From a virus (taxonomy: Duplodnaviria > Caudoviricetes), in IMG/VR virus record IMGVR_UViG_3300033168_000002, positions 1 to 63,775 of that record: a DNA stretch of 63,775 nucleotides. One strand, written 5' to 3'. Below, one piece after another: positions 19,301 to 28,593 of this stretch. How positions within the stretch are numbered: position 1 is the stretch's first letter; the number at the start of each line of letters is the position of its first letter. The notes under the pieces are model-generated. The model was not told the origin of the DNA and made no database searches. It saw nothing but the letters and a program-made list of their open reading frames with translations. The position numbers were made by a program, and so were the translations under genes.

Positions 19301-19737
19301 CCCTGCAAATTGAACTCGTGCATCACGGAGGCGAGTGTGTTGGTCGTGTCGGCCGTGTTGGAGTTTGTCGAGGCCGCGCTCTTCATCGCCGCCGTAAGGA
19401 TCTGCGTCGCGTCGGCCGCGCCGTACCCCAGGTTGGTCGCACGCATGTAGCCCTGCCCGAGCTGGTCGAGCGGCGCGTTGGAGTCGTTGCCCAGGCGCAG
19501 GATCGACGCGCGCATCTGGTCGAGGCCGCCCTGGCCCATCGTCGTGTTATTGGCGATGGATTGGGTCATACTTTGGAAGTTGCTCGCGGCCTTGAGTGAG
19601 GCGACGACAACCCCGCCCAGGGCGACGGCGCCGATCGCGCCGAACGTGCGCAGACGCGCGGACGCGCCGAGTAACCCAGGACCTGTGAGGTCTCGGGCAT
19701 GAATAGCCAGGTAGAGGTTGGACGTGAGATCCGACAC
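16333..19737 (-). CDS. Tape measure protein (TP901/PhageMin_Tail-like)
   Basis: 1134 aa, Ala-rich helical, periodic Trp repeats, NPIGIVVLAVAGLVAG, position after chaperones. Confidence 0.92.
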   Translation of the reverse strand: MSDLTSNLYLAIHARDLTGPGLLGASARLRTFGAIGAVALGGVVVASLKAASNFQSMTQSIANNTTMGQGGLDQMRASILRLGNDSNAPLDQLGQGYMRATNLGYGAADATQILTAAMKSAASTNSNTADTTNTLASVMHEFNLQGSAAAKTMDILHLASAQGNTTLEQFTTGGNKAIAMAANLGVPLNQVTAALSAMTRHGSIENASTTIVGALSKIVNPAKAAQKELASLTLKTGIDLLGDFTPAGLKAKGLTGILADLKAATNGNAQEIFKLIPALRGGQAAMILTGNGAKDYSGILASLNGVTAKSGITARAYAATQKTASFQFGELRNKVQILAIALGTQLLPYATAAASWLGARLPGAVAALTPRLTTLITGAVGVGRAFLAAVEAMGRVASGLKGLVAPLLMTATHLRATRQGTAQLGAGLALLIPAVVAIKAGMVAWTLATTAWTLATKASTLAQNMFTLAQKAGKLVMVEARAVIAAYTAANKALGLAYVAVRLGIIQSTAAAVGNKIATAAQTIVTVAQKIAVAAVTIATKAWTLAIEGAKAATIALTLYGGRGVAAMVAQKIAAGAVMLATKGWTLAQWLLNTALIDNPIGIVVLAVAGLVAGIIWAYKNVKFFHNAVNAVWKFLSSVFAPGLGAVASGLKNVLGGALDWVTSKVKGLLGFFGNLLHMFSSLPGVKAVIGAAYTAAGVTPPAPHAQGHTGHGHHSPDPHHATHGAGGVRFVGPSRGMIAARFGAAYNHGPAGHGEMSHAAWQRAWNIEHPPGKPKKGIVGGHNYNIDLTAAMNKYGDDMKLYHAGLISQTKILSDIAAIGKTEHAGHLTDTTARLRNDVNTANKLTAHHAEVKAGAKAKTAQTKQFHQQTTDLGALYYRDNMTLQQDMRDRNFTAARQVIAAMTSIKQAIEVQHGISKSQAAQDARAFSNDQLSKVHKAASAPARADLSTLSGLVKHWRDMFMADKKAGNTGGEFADLAKFKTADLAYQKALRPKNGALAVTLANDDWIKLGGTLSNGLKKLTAPKIGTGFQRSVYGYTSRQQVGQGVGLGETLVTFGGRVGKDPAQQMIQKLETQVQQLTQQNAVLSSLLGAVEDGTAATMAVRDAIKSAGRAQPGSGGNPLRPYGLATAVR

Positions 19738-19749
19738 TGTTTCTTACCT

Positions 19750-19992
19750 TTACCCTCTCTGGCTATCGCGATACGCGTTCTTGGCGGCCCAATAGGCGGT
19801 CATGTCGGCCATGCGGCCGGCCGGCTGGGCGTCGATATACTCCAGCGTCCAACCGCTGGCGGCGACGATCTCGCACGTCTCGGCCAGGGCCAGTACGCGC
19901 GGGTCGACCTCATGCAGGAACTTGCCCTTGACCGTCAGGAGCAGGTGCCTGCGGAAACGTTTCCGGCGCCAGCGGGACCTCCGTGGCCACAT
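19750..19992 (-). CDS. Tail assembly chaperone T segment (frameshift extension)
   Basis: GWTLEYIDAQP motif; overlaps G ORF in +1 frame, directly before TMP. Confidence 0.65.
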   Translation of the reverse strand: MWPRRSRWRRKRFRRHLLLTVKGKFLHEVDPRVLALAETCEIVAASGWTLEYIDAQPAGRMADMTAYWAAKNAYRDSQRG

Positions 19993-20419
19993 CGGCGGGG
20001 TTCGTCATACTTTTCATGCGCTTCTGCACCTCGTCGGTGAGGAACGCGAAGTCGTCGTCATCGAGTTCGCCGATGGTCTCATCCGTGACCGGCACGAGGT
20101 CGCCCGGCTGGCCTGCCGCCGCCTGCTCGTCAGCGGGCGGGTAGCGGAACGTCCAGCCCGTGACCATCATGCGAACAAGGGCGATGCCCATGCCGATGTC
20201 GTCGGTCTGCGCCTCGACGATCTGGTGGCGCTCGTCCTCCGGCAAGGCGACGAATTGAGCCTTGGTCATGCCCGCTGGCAGCGGCGTGGAACGGGCCAAC
20301 TCCCGCTGCATCGCCACGGTGAACGCCGCGCGCAGGTAGACCACCTCGCCCTCGGCCCACGCGTCACGCCGGACCGGCTCACCCTGCGCGGGACGGTCGG
20401 TGCGGTAGAACTTCGGCAT
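19910..20419 (-). CDS. Tail assembly chaperone G
   Basis: Between tube and TMP; VTGWTF...VPVTDETIGELD pattern. Confidence 0.75.
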   Translation of the reverse strand: MPKFYRTDRPAQGEPVRRDAWAEGEVVYLRAAFTVAMQRELARSTPLPAGMTKAQFVALPEDERHQIVEAQTDDIGMGIALVRMMVTGWTFRYPPADEQAAAGQPGDLVPVTDETIGELDDDDFAFLTDEVQKRMKSMTNPADVATEVPLAPETFPQAPAPDGQGQVPA

Positions 20420-20434
20420 GTCTCACCCTATCCT

Positions 20435-21388
20435 TTAGCTGCTGTACGCGGTCGCCGCGCCGTTGACCAGCGTCAGGCCGATCAGCTTACCCGTCCCATC
20501 CGGCAAGGTCTTGATCGTGTAGTCCTCGGTGATCGCGTCCTTCACGGCGCCCTTGTGGTCCTGCGTGGGGTAATACGCGGCGCCCGAATTCATCGTGAGT
20601 TGGTTCGCGCCGTTGACGAGCTGCGCCTGGATAATCCCCGAGGCGGGCATGCGCGTCAGGAACAGGTTCTGCTCCACGTCGTCGCGGAAGAGCCGCGAGA
20701 ACTTCCACTCAACCGTATGGATACCGGGCACGATCGAGGTCGGCAGGCCGGCCCCGCCCGCGCCGTAGCGCTCCACGTTGCCGAACATGATCGTCACCTC
20801 GATATCGTCCACGTCCTTCTGGCTCGTCGCCCCGTTGCCCAGCAGCAACATCGGCTGAAGGTGGCTGAACGTGTACACGGTATCGACCGTAAACGTCGGC
20901 GTCAGGAGCGCGGCTGGCGTCGGGACGCCCAACCCAGTGACGGAGAGCGTCCCCTTGAACGGCGTCGTGTGGTTCAGCATGAGCACGAGCTTCTCGGGTG
21001 TGCAGCCGGCGTAGGACAGGCAGTTGCCGCCCCGTTGCACATAGAGGGTGAACGTCTTGGGCGCGCGCGGCACAAGCAGGTGCGTGTAGGGCGCGGCGGT
21101 GCCCGTCACGGCATCGACCATCAGCGTGGCCAGCAGTTTCCAGCCGGCGTTGGAGCGGATGGGGATGATCACATCCCCCTTCACGGATCCGTCGAGTTCG
21201 ACCATCTCCTGCTCGGCGATGAGCGAGCCGCCGGCCGTTTCGAGGCCGTGGCGTTTGGGGTCCCACTTCAAAGTGGGCATCTCCTCGACGCGGATGTAGT
21301 CCGTCGCGGCGACGGCCACCCCTGGCGTGACCTCCAGGCCATAGGCGACGATGACCTGTGAGCCTACGCTCGGCGCGAATACTGTCAT
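20435..21388 (-). CDS. Major tail tube protein
   Basis: YGLEVTPG, PYTHLL, KTFTLYV..YAGC (Phage_tube_2-like); position. Confidence 0.85.
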   Translation of the reverse strand: MTVFAPSVGSQVIVAYGLEVTPGVAVAATDYIRVEEMPTLKWDPKRHGLETAGGSLIAEQEMVELDGSVKGDVIIPIRSNAGWKLLATLMVDAVTGTAAPYTHLLVPRAPKTFTLYVQRGGNCLSYAGCTPEKLVLMLNHTTPFKGTLSVTGLGVPTPAALLTPTFTVDTVYTFSHLQPMLLLGNGATSQKDVDDIEVTIMFGNVERYGAGGAGLPTSIVPGIHTVEWKFSRLFRDDVEQNLFLTRMPASGIIQAQLVNGANQLTMNSGAAYYPTQDHKGAVKDAITEDYTIKTLPDGTGKLIGLTLVNGAATAYSS

Positions 21389-21420
21389 AGCGTGTGTCCT
21401 CCTCTGGACCTAGTAGAGTG

Positions 21421-21723
21421 TTAGAGCGCGGGCTGTCCCGGCGCCTCAGCGGAGGCGAATGGGGACGGATCAGCCGGCGCCGGCGTGGGCTCCGGTTGCG
21501 GTTGGCCCAGCGGGGCCGGCTCGACCGGCGCGGGTTGCGCCTCAACGGGCGTGGGTTGGGCCGCTGTTTGTGCGGGCTCGGTCGCGGTAAGGGTAAAGGC
21601 GCTGCTCGTGGCCAGCGCGCGGGCCTCGGCCTCGGGCAGGTCGCGTGTTTCGCCGGGTTGCCACTCCTCGGGCTGGATGGTCGGCGTGCGCACGACGTCG
21701 CCGGTGGTGTTCGTGACGTTCAT
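21421..21723 (-). CDS. Small virion-associated hypothetical protein with Pro/Ala tail
   Basis: AAAGGAG RBS before ATG 21723. Confidence 0.55.
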   Translation of the reverse strand: MNVTNTTGDVVRTPTIQPEEWQPGETRDLPEAEARALATSSAFTLTATEPAQTAAQPTPVEAQPAPVEPAPLGQPQPEPTPAPADPSPFASAEAPGQPAL

Positions 21724-21734
21724 AAGTGACTCCT

Positions 21735-22238
21735 TTAGACGTCGTAGATGACGTCGGTAAAGATCTCGCGGACTGAGACACGGCCATAGCAGCCGATAAA
21801 GAGTTGATCCAGGTAGCGGATATACGGCCCCATGGGGTCGAAGTGCGCGTCGAAGGCGTCGCCGCAGGACATCACGCGCGGCGTGTTGGCGTTGGCCGGG
21901 TCCGTCAGCAGATAGACCGAGCGTTTGGCGAAGGCGGCGTCGAGCGCGGCCACGGTCTGGTACATGTCGGTGATCGCCTGCGCTTTGGTCTCGCCCACCA
22001 GGCTGGCCGGCGCGTGCAGGTAGACGAAGCCGTACAGGTTCTGCTCCTGCTCCGGGTTGCCATCGGCCTGACCACGGTTGCCGGGCCAAACCTGCTTGGT
22101 GCGCAGATCCATCAGGAAGAAATTGATCGAGGGCAGGGTCGGATTGTCGATGTCGAAGGGACGGTCAAGCACGGGCACCGGCGCCAGCAGCGGCGTCAGG
22201 ACCGCGGTCAGGGTCGTGAGTGTGTCGTTGAAGCTCAT
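21735..22238 (-). CDS. Tail terminator-like protein
   Basis: Position before tube; LPSINFF motif. Confidence 0.55.
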   Translation of the reverse strand: MSFNDTLTTLTAVLTPLLAPVPVLDRPFDIDNPTLPSINFFLMDLRTKQVWPGNRGQADGNPEQEQNLYGFVYLHAPASLVGETKAQAITDMYQTVAALDAAFAKRSVYLLTDPANANTPRVMSCGDAFDAHFDPMGPYIRYLDQLFIGCYGRVSVREIFTDVIYDV

Positions 22239-22771
22239 CAGCGGCCGGCCTCCGACACGGAGGCGTGCAGCGCGGCCGCCAGGCGCAGGCCCAGCGCGCG
22301 GAACGCCACCTCGTCCTTCGCCTGTTGCCGATCAAGGGCGTCGACCAAGCCCTGATTGACCTGCACACCACTGACCTCGTGGCCGCGGCTAAAGGCAAAC
22401 GAACCGCCAACGCTAAAGGCAAGCGCGCCCGGCCGTCCATTCGCACCCAGCCGGCCGGCGATCGGAGCGATGAAATGAGCCTGCGTCCCGGTGAACAGGA
22501 ACGGCAGGTAGGGCGCGGCGTTCGCGACACTAACAGAGCCGTCAGGGCCACGCTGATACGTCCATTGATCTTGCGCGTGGGTCTTCCCCTCTGGCTGTAG
22601 GGGCGTGTCCTGGGCGCGGGGCGTCGCGGCGCGCAGGTCACGCGTAGCGGCCTGGGCCATGGCATCGGCGGCCAGTCGGAGCGCGGGCGCGATCGTGAGA
22701 CGGGCGCGTTCCATAGCCGCGGCGGCGCGGGTGAGGGCGCGTGTGTCGATGCTGATAGTCTCGGTCGCCAC
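22238..22771 (-). CDS. Neck protein (HK97 gp10-like)
   Basis: ATP...APYLPFLFTGT.AHFI.P pattern. Confidence 0.65.
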   Translation of the reverse strand: MATETISIDTRALTRAAAAMERARLTIAPALRLAADAMAQAATRDLRAATPRAQDTPLQPEGKTHAQDQWTYQRGPDGSVSVANAAPYLPFLFTGTQAHFIAPIAGRLGANGRPGALAFSVGGSFAFSRGHEVSGVQVNQGLVDALDRQQAKDEVAFRALGLRLAAALHASVSEAGR

Positions 22772-23073
22772 TACTTCATCCCTCCCGCGAGTTCCAGGTC
22801 CGTCGCCGGCAGGGAGCCGGTCAGGCGCGTGACCGACGACACGCGGTAGTTCACGACCTCGGGTAGCGCCGTAAAGCCGTCCAATGATTGGATCACCAGA
22901 CGGTCGCCCGCGACCCAATCGGCCAGGGCATCGGCGCGGACGTGCGTCGGGATAATCCCGCCCGCCGCGTTGATGGTCTCGGCGCGCGACGGATACACGA
23001 CCTGGACACGAGCAGGCGCGCCCAGCGGCGCGCCTCCCCGGACCTGTTGAATCGTGGCGTTTGGTAAAAACAC
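22771..23073 (-). CDS. Head-closure-like protein
   Basis: AGDRLVI...YRV pattern and position. Confidence 0.5.
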   Translation of the reverse strand: MFLPNATIQQVRGGAPLGAPARVQVVYPSRAETINAAGGIIPTHVRADALADWVAGDRLVIQSLDGFTALPEVVNYRVSSVTRLTGSLPATDLELAGGMK

Positions 23074-23079
23074 AGCCGG

Positions 23080-23592
23080 CTAGACCGCGTAGCCGCCGCT
23101 ATTGAGCAGGCCGTGTCCCTCGGTCTTCTGCAGCGCGATCCCCTGTGCGTTGAGATAGTCGGCCGTCTCCTGGGACGGCGCGCCTGTCACGGTCGTGGCG
23201 AATTCCTTGGCGGCTGGGCTGGCCGGTGGCCCACCCTGCTCATGTTGATAGAGTTCACCGAGGGCGCGCCGGACGAACTCCTCGGCCGCGCGCGAGAGCG
23301 TGTGACCGTCCGTGGCCAGCGTCTCACGGATATGGTCAAGGCCCCGGCGCCAATCGAGCGACGCCTCGGTCTCGGCGCCGACCGGCTCCCCGGTGGGTCC
23401 GGTGTTGTACAGGCTCGCGGCCGTCAGCACGCCGGGCGCGGCGGCGGATTGAGCCGCGGCCTCGGTCACGACGTTGCCGGCCACGGTCGCCGTGGGAGTG
23501 GCGGCGCTTGCCGGAGCGGAGACAACCGGCGCGGCGGGCGCGGCGGTCACGGTCGTGGGATCTTGCTTCGCGGTGGTGGTGTCGTCAGCCAT
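23080..23592 (-). CDS. Hypothetical protein
   Basis: GAGGAG RBS; Ala/Thr-rich N-terminus. Confidence 0.55.
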   Translation of the reverse strand: MADDTTTAKQDPTTVTAAPAAPVVSAPASAATPTATVAGNVVTEAAAQSAAAPGVLTAASLYNTGPTGEPVGAETEASLDWRRGLDHIRETLATDGHTLSRAAEEFVRRALGELYQHEQGGPPASPAAKEFATTVTGAPSQETADYLNAQGIALQKTEGHGLLNSGGYAV

Positions 23593-23678
23593 GGGTCTGT
23601 TCTCCTCTATGGTGAGGTGTGCGCGGGACGCTCTGCCCGTCATCTGTCGGTCATCTCTCGGTCGTGTCTCTGATCACG

Positions 23679-24485
23679 CTACAGGAGCGTGACGACGGTG
23701 GTGCGAACCACTTTATCTAAACGGTTCTGCGCGGCCTGCGCGAGTGGTGAGCCGTAGCCCAACACGGGCGCGATGCCGCCCTTGCGCCCGACCTGTTGAT
23801 ACTGTTCCTCCTGGTCGGCTGATTTCCGGCGCACCAGGAAGCCGGCGAAGGGATTGTCGGTCTGCGCGTTGAACGCCTGGTCGAACATGAGCCGTTCCCG
23901 CGCGAGCGAGACGGCAGCGGCCCGGATATCCTCCGGCAGGAGCGGCGCGTGGTACGACGTCGCCGTCGTGCCGTCCGGCGTGGGGTCCGTGATGCCCGTC
24001 GTGTACCCCGCCACGTACGTGGCCGTATAGCCGGTGGCGTAGCCCGGCGCGAGTGACGGGCCGTACTGAAAGCCAAAGCCCGCCCCCACGAGCGCGTCAG
24101 AGAGGCCTGGCGCCAACGCGTAGACGCGCCCCGTGCCGTGGTCCACCGTGAGGTAGGTCAGGAGCACGTCCGAGGGCGCGGTGAACGCGAGCGCGTACGT
24201 CAACTGAACCTCCGTAAAAGCCACGGTGACGGGACCGGGTGGCAGTGGGCGGTGCTGCAATTCCAATTCGTAGCGCCCCGCGTAGGCCCCCGACTCCATG
24301 AACAGCACCGGCCCCTGCTCGGCGGTGTGGACCTGCAAGGCCGGGGCATAGTGCAGATACGCGCCGATCTCATCCTCCACGGATTGGAGCAGGGGCAGCA
24401 GGTAGGCGTCGGGGTACGCGCCGGCCACGTTCGCCACGTCGGGACGATTGGCCAGCGCCGCGAAGTGCGCGCGATCGAGCAGCAT
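23679..24485 (-). CDS. Head-tail connector (adaptor)
   Basis: ATYVAGY...LPEDIRAAA motif; position after capsid. Confidence 0.75.
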   Translation of the reverse strand: MLLDRAHFAALANRPDVANVAGAYPDAYLLPLLQSVEDEIGAYLHYAPALQVHTAEQGPVLFMESGAYAGRYELELQHRPLPPGPVTVAFTEVQLTYALAFTAPSDVLLTYLTVDHGTGRVYALAPGLSDALVGAGFGFQYGPSLAPGYATGYTATYVAGYTTGITDPTPDGTTATSYHAPLLPEDIRAAAVSLARERLMFDQAFNAQTDNPFAGFLVRRKSADQEEQYQQVGRKGGIAPVLGYGSPLAQAAQNRLDKVVRTTVVTLL

Positions 24486-24772
24486 TAGCGTTCCCTCCCT
24501 CCTCTCTCTCCCGGCGCTCCCCACCCAGGCTCAGGGGCGCTCAGACGTCGCGCCTGGCCCGCGCGGTTGTCCGTGTCCGTCTTCTCGTCCGAGCCCCCGT
24601 CGCGCGCGTCAGAGAGCGGCGTCAGATGGCCGCTCTCCACCAGGGCGCGGGTCCGGCGCGCGTCGGGGCAGAACACGCCCGGCGCGTCCGTGTCGAGGGT
24701 CTGTCCCACGGCGGCGCGGCGATTGGGCCAGAGATCCGGCCCGATCGCACACACGACCAGATACACAGCCAC
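24485..24772 (-). CDS. Small capsid-adjacent hypothetical protein
   Basis: GGAGG RBS, ALVESGHL pattern; coupled to connector. Confidence 0.5.
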   Translation of the reverse strand: MAVYLVVCAIGPDLWPNRRAAVGQTLDTDAPGVFCPDARRTRALVESGHLTPLSDARDGGSDEKTDTDNRAGQARRLSAPEPGWGAPGERGGRER

Positions 24773-24814
24773 GCCGCGCCTCCGTTCTTCCTGTCGTCAC
24801 AGACGATCGTGTGA

Positions 24815-26497
24815 CTAGCTCAACCGCACGTCATTGCGCACAACAACCGCCTCAGGATGGCGTGCGTAGATGTCATGGCGATAGATGGCGCGCACGAGCA
24901 CGACATCATTCTGGACGGCGCTGATGGTGTTGCCGTTACCGTCCACGGCCGTGCCCTCGTCGGACACCTTCATCTCCAACTCGCCCTTCTGGACGATGGT
25001 GATCTGTGACGCCTCGACCAACGCGATCGAACTGGTGGGGTTGCCGCCCACGGTCCCGAGCGGAAGCTGTGTGGACTCGAAGATCGGCCGGCGGAACAGG
25101 GCGGGCCGCTGCAGTACGAGGTCACCGACCTGCACGTCCATGTAGTCCATGAACAGGGGACGCCCATTGCCGTCGACAACGTTCTGCCACGCCTCGACCA
25201 TCAACGGGTGCATCAGCCAGAACTGGCGTTTCATCGGCACGTTCGCGACTTTGAGCTGCGTGAACATGTGCGTGGCCATGCGATAGGACGGCTCATCGCC
25301 GGTCGCCGGAAGCACGTCGGGGATGACCTGGCCGCCAAAGGCCGCCGTGAGGATGCCCGTCGGGATACCCGCGCCGCCGGGACCAGTGAGGAAGCTGATG
25401 TCCTCTTTCAGGCCGATTTCGCGCACGATGTCCTCTTTCACGATGTCCATGACCTGCGGGTCGCTGTCGTTGACCAGCTCGGACGAAATGGACGAGAGGA
25501 TCGTCAACTTCTTCAACTGCGCCGCGACCTGATCGAAGGTCGGCTGGCTCAAGGGGATCGGCGCGGTCTCGCCGACGTAGGTCGCGCTGGACCCGCCGGA
25601 GAGGCGCGGCTGGCGATACAGCGGGGACGTGACGGTCTGGATGTTGACGCCCGCGGCGCGCAGGATCGTCTCGGCGTAGAGCCGCTCGATCATCTCGGTC
25701 GAGAAATCGACGGGGACCAGGTAGCCGCCCGAGGGGCCGGTGACCGCGCTGATCGCGCCGCCGCCCTCGACCAGGGCCTTGCGACCCAGGCCGCCGGCCT
25801 TGCCGCCCGCGCCGACATCATAGCCGTGCGCCTCCTGAATCGCAGCGATGCGGCCGATATCACCACGGAACGCCGCCGCCACAAACTCGGGGAAACTGGC
25901 CTTGCCCTGTGGCTTCACGAACGCTTTACCCGCCGAGGCGCTCGTGCGCCCCTGACCCTGGCGCGGGGCATACCCGTAACCAGCAGAGGCGGCCTTGCGA
26001 CCGCCACCGCGGCCCTGGCCGTACCCGGCGCCCGCCGCGTCGTTGTCATCATCCACCAGCTCACCGTCGATGACCTCAGGCGCGTCGTAGCGGAACTTGC
26101 GGCCGGTGCGGATATCGCCGAGCGCGCCCGCGACCAGCGCCTTGATGTCGAGCGGGGAGCCATTCTCCAGGCCCAGCGCCGCGTTGAGTTCGTCGCTGAT
26201 CATGCCGCGCACGCGCTCCTGCTCGGCGACGGCCGCCGATTTGACGCCCTGGGCGACGATGGTCGCGACGCCCTTGGCTTGCTCGCGGATCTTCTGGTCA
26301 TTGACCGTCTGGCGCAGCGCGATCAACTCGTCGTGGTCGCTGGCGTACTCCTGCTCTTGCTCACGCTTGAGGTCAGCCAGTTTGGCGCTCTTCTGGCCGA
26401 TCTCAGCCTCCAGCGCTGAACGGGCGTCGCCGTCGGCGCTGGCAAGCTGCGCGCGGGCGGACTGAATGGCTTGCTCTAACTGCTTGATAGGGTCCAC
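24815..26497 (-). CDS. HK97-fold major capsid protein with long N-terminal scaffold domain
   Basis: GGYLVP, YVGET, ISSELVNDS, PTGIL, DGNGRPLF; AAAGGAG RBS before GTG 26497. Confidence 0.95.
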   Translation of the reverse strand: MDPIKQLEQAIQSARAQLASADGDARSALEAEIGQKSAKLADLKREQEQEYASDHDELIALRQTVNDQKIREQAKGVATIVAQGVKSAAVAEQERVRGMISDELNAALGLENGSPLDIKALVAGALGDIRTGRKFRYDAPEVIDGELVDDDNDAAGAGYGQGRGGGRKAASAGYGYAPRQGQGRTSASAGKAFVKPQGKASFPEFVAAAFRGDIGRIAAIQEAHGYDVGAGGKAGGLGRKALVEGGGAISAVTGPSGGYLVPVDFSTEMIERLYAETILRAAGVNIQTVTSPLYRQPRLSGGSSATYVGETAPIPLSQPTFDQVAAQLKKLTILSSISSELVNDSDPQVMDIVKEDIVREIGLKEDISFLTGPGGAGIPTGILTAAFGGQVIPDVLPATGDEPSYRMATHMFTQLKVANVPMKRQFWLMHPLMVEAWQNVVDGNGRPLFMDYMDVQVGDLVLQRPALFRRPIFESTQLPLGTVGGNPTSSIALVEASQITIVQKGELEMKVSDEGTAVDGNGNTISAVQNDVVLVRAIYRHDIYARHPEAVVVRNDVRLS

Positions 26498-26562
26498 TAC
26501 TGTTTGTCTCCTTTGCCCGCGCGGCTCATCGGCCGTGGGCGCACTCACTCATGACGCCGGCG

Positions 26563-27696
26563 TTAGGTCGCCGTGCCCGTCTGTGTCTCATCAGCGTCCA
26601 CGCCGGACGCGTTATCGTCGGCGGCGGGGTCTATCCCGAAATAGGTCTGGAGTGTGGCGATGATGCCGCCAATCACGTCCAGGTCCTTCTTGGAGTGCCG
26701 CTTGCCGATCTTCTCACCATGCCCGAATTCCTCGAGCATCTGCGTCGCCGACCGCAACAGGTCCGGCCGGTCGCGCAGCAACGTGGCCAACGCCGCCTTC
26801 TTGCCGTCCCCACTGGTTGGGGTCATGCCTGGCCTGGCCGGCCTGATCGCCTTGATGCCCTGTCGCCGACGCTGCATCGTGCAGATAGGACAGGAGTTAG
26901 GCGTGTGCGCACCCTGAAAGTGCGCTGGCCGATAGAGCAGGTGGTCGTGCAGCGACTCGTCACCCTGCGTCTGCGCCATCGACATCGCTTGGCTCCACGC
27001 TGGCCGTGAGAGCATCGGCAGAGCGGCCTGGTCCACGAGCCCGTCATCGTCGATAGTGGCGTCGCCGTCTACCGTCGTGTCGCCCTCGGCCACGGAGAGG
27101 GACGGCGGCATCTCTCCGTAGGCGTCGATGAGCGCCTTACGGCCCAGCGCGAACGTCGCCGTTTCCAGGCAGGGCGTGGGCGTGATCGACAACTCCGTCG
27201 TGGCCCAGCGCACCAACGCCTTGCCTGCCCGAATGAAGCCGCCGCCCACGCTGTAGCCGTTGATCGTGCCCGCCTTGATGCCGGCGTAGACCTCCGCGAA
27301 GCGACGCCGCGCGCCAACGTTCTTGAACACCGGGTCCTTGGGGATGAAGGTCTCGGCGTAGAAACCCTCGCTGTCGAGGTGGGCCTTGATACCGCGTCCG
27401 ATGCGCCGCGCGCCCAGCGCCGCGTCCAGGCCGTGATGAAAGATGACCATCGGGGCCGGTTCGGCGGCCCACGCGTCCATCAAGTCCGCGAACGCGCCCC
27501 GTGCCTGGTGCTCGCCGTCCTGGTCGGTCTCGTTGAAGCGCGAGGCGTAGCCCTTGGTCAACAGGCCGATCTCGCCGTCGATCTCGACTTCGACCGTCGA
27601 TTTGATGCCGAAGTCGATGGTTAGTGGCTCCATCGTCGCGCCATCGGGCACGTCGGGCAGGTCGATGCGCTGCCCCGATGCCAGTGAAAACTTCAC
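26563..27696 (-). CDS. HK97-type prohead protease
   Basis: GYASRFN..DQDGE, IFHH, GYSVGG, ELSITPTP. Confidence 0.88.
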   Translation of the reverse strand: MKFSLASGQRIDLPDVPDGATMEPLTIDFGIKSTVEVEIDGEIGLLTKGYASRFNETDQDGEHQARGAFADLMDAWAAEPAPMVIFHHGLDAALGARRIGRGIKAHLDSEGFYAETFIPKDPVFKNVGARRRFAEVYAGIKAGTINGYSVGGGFIRAGKALVRWATTELSITPTPCLETATFALGRKALIDAYGEMPPSLSVAEGDTTVDGDATIDDDGLVDQAALPMLSRPAWSQAMSMAQTQGDESLHDHLLYRPAHFQGAHTPNSCPICTMQRRRQGIKAIRPARPGMTPTSGDGKKAALATLLRDRPDLLRSATQMLEEFGHGEKIGKRHSKKDLDVIGGIIATLQTYFGIDPAADDNASGVDADETQTGTAT

Positions 27697-27995
27697 GCTC
27701 CCTCCTTTGTGCCGTGTGCCGCTTTGGCCGCCGCGAGCGCCGCTTCAAGGTCCTCTATCGGCATCTCGTCCAATCGGATGGACGGATCGAGCACGAGAAT
27801 AGCCGGGAAGGTGAGCCCGCGCTCAACCTGTTCCCGCATCTGCGTTGACAGCCGGCGCACCGTGCTGTCCCGGTCCGCGGACGACATAGCCGCCGGCAAC
27901 GTCAGCGCATACGTCAGGTCAGGACGCAGCGCGGTGACGGTCCAGGCTATCACCTGATCAACCGCTTGGGTGGCGAGGCTCTCGGCGTCGCTCAT
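27693..27995 (-). CDS. Hypothetical protein
   Basis: Translationally coupled ORF in head operon. Confidence 0.55.
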   Translation of the reverse strand: MSDAESLATQAVDQVIAWTVTALRPDLTYALTLPAAMSSADRDSTVRRLSTQMREQVERGLTFPAILVLDPSIRLDEMPIEDLEAALAAAKAAHGTKEGA

Positions 27996-28591
27996 GCGTC
28001 CCTCCCGAGGACCATGGCCTCAGACATATCTCCACCCGGCTCAGGCCGCGCGTTCTGTGTGTCCGTACCCGTTATCGTGACGTCCGGCCGCGCGCACAAC
28101 GGTTCACCCGTCGGCGGTGGCCCCAGTGGTGTCACCGGCTGGTAGCCGCCGCTCTCCACGCGCCTCTTCTGTGCGCGTCGCTGGCGATCCACGCGCGACT
28201 CATCAGGGGCCGGGCGCTCATCAGACCCATCCTCGTGCGCGTGAACGGTCTGCTCATAGCGGGGCGTGAACGGAGGGAAGGGCGCGCCCGGCGGCACCCG
28301 TGCGAAGGACGGATGCACGACGACAAGTACCAGCTCCCGCGTCCCTTCGTCCACGGCCGCGCGCACGAGACACGCGTCGGCCGGTAGCCCCTCGATGCAC
28401 CGCACGTCAGACGTGGCGCCCTCATAGGGACCATAGCCCCCCCACCCTTGTGTAAGCAGCGCCTGGAGGAGAGCCAGGGACACACGTACCTGGACGACAC
28501 GCCCTTGAGCCAGCGCGACACGATCCCGTCTCATGTCCTCCCGCGCGTCCATCCGTTGTCCCTCCACTCCTGTGTCTCTCGTGTCCGTCAC
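27992..28591 (-). CDS. Hypothetical protein
   Basis: Coupled ORF; GLPADA.LV...V.HPSF..VP.G pattern. Confidence 0.55.
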   Translation of the reverse strand: MTDTRDTGVEGQRMDAREDMRRDRVALAQGRVVQVRVSLALLQALLTQGWGGYGPYEGATSDVRCIEGLPADACLVRAAVDEGTRELVLVVVHPSFARVPPGAPFPPFTPRYEQTVHAHEDGSDERPAPDESRVDRQRRAQKRRVESGGYQPVTPLGPPPTGEPLCARPDVTITGTDTQNARPEPGGDMSEAMVLGRDA

Positions 28592-28593
28592 GC

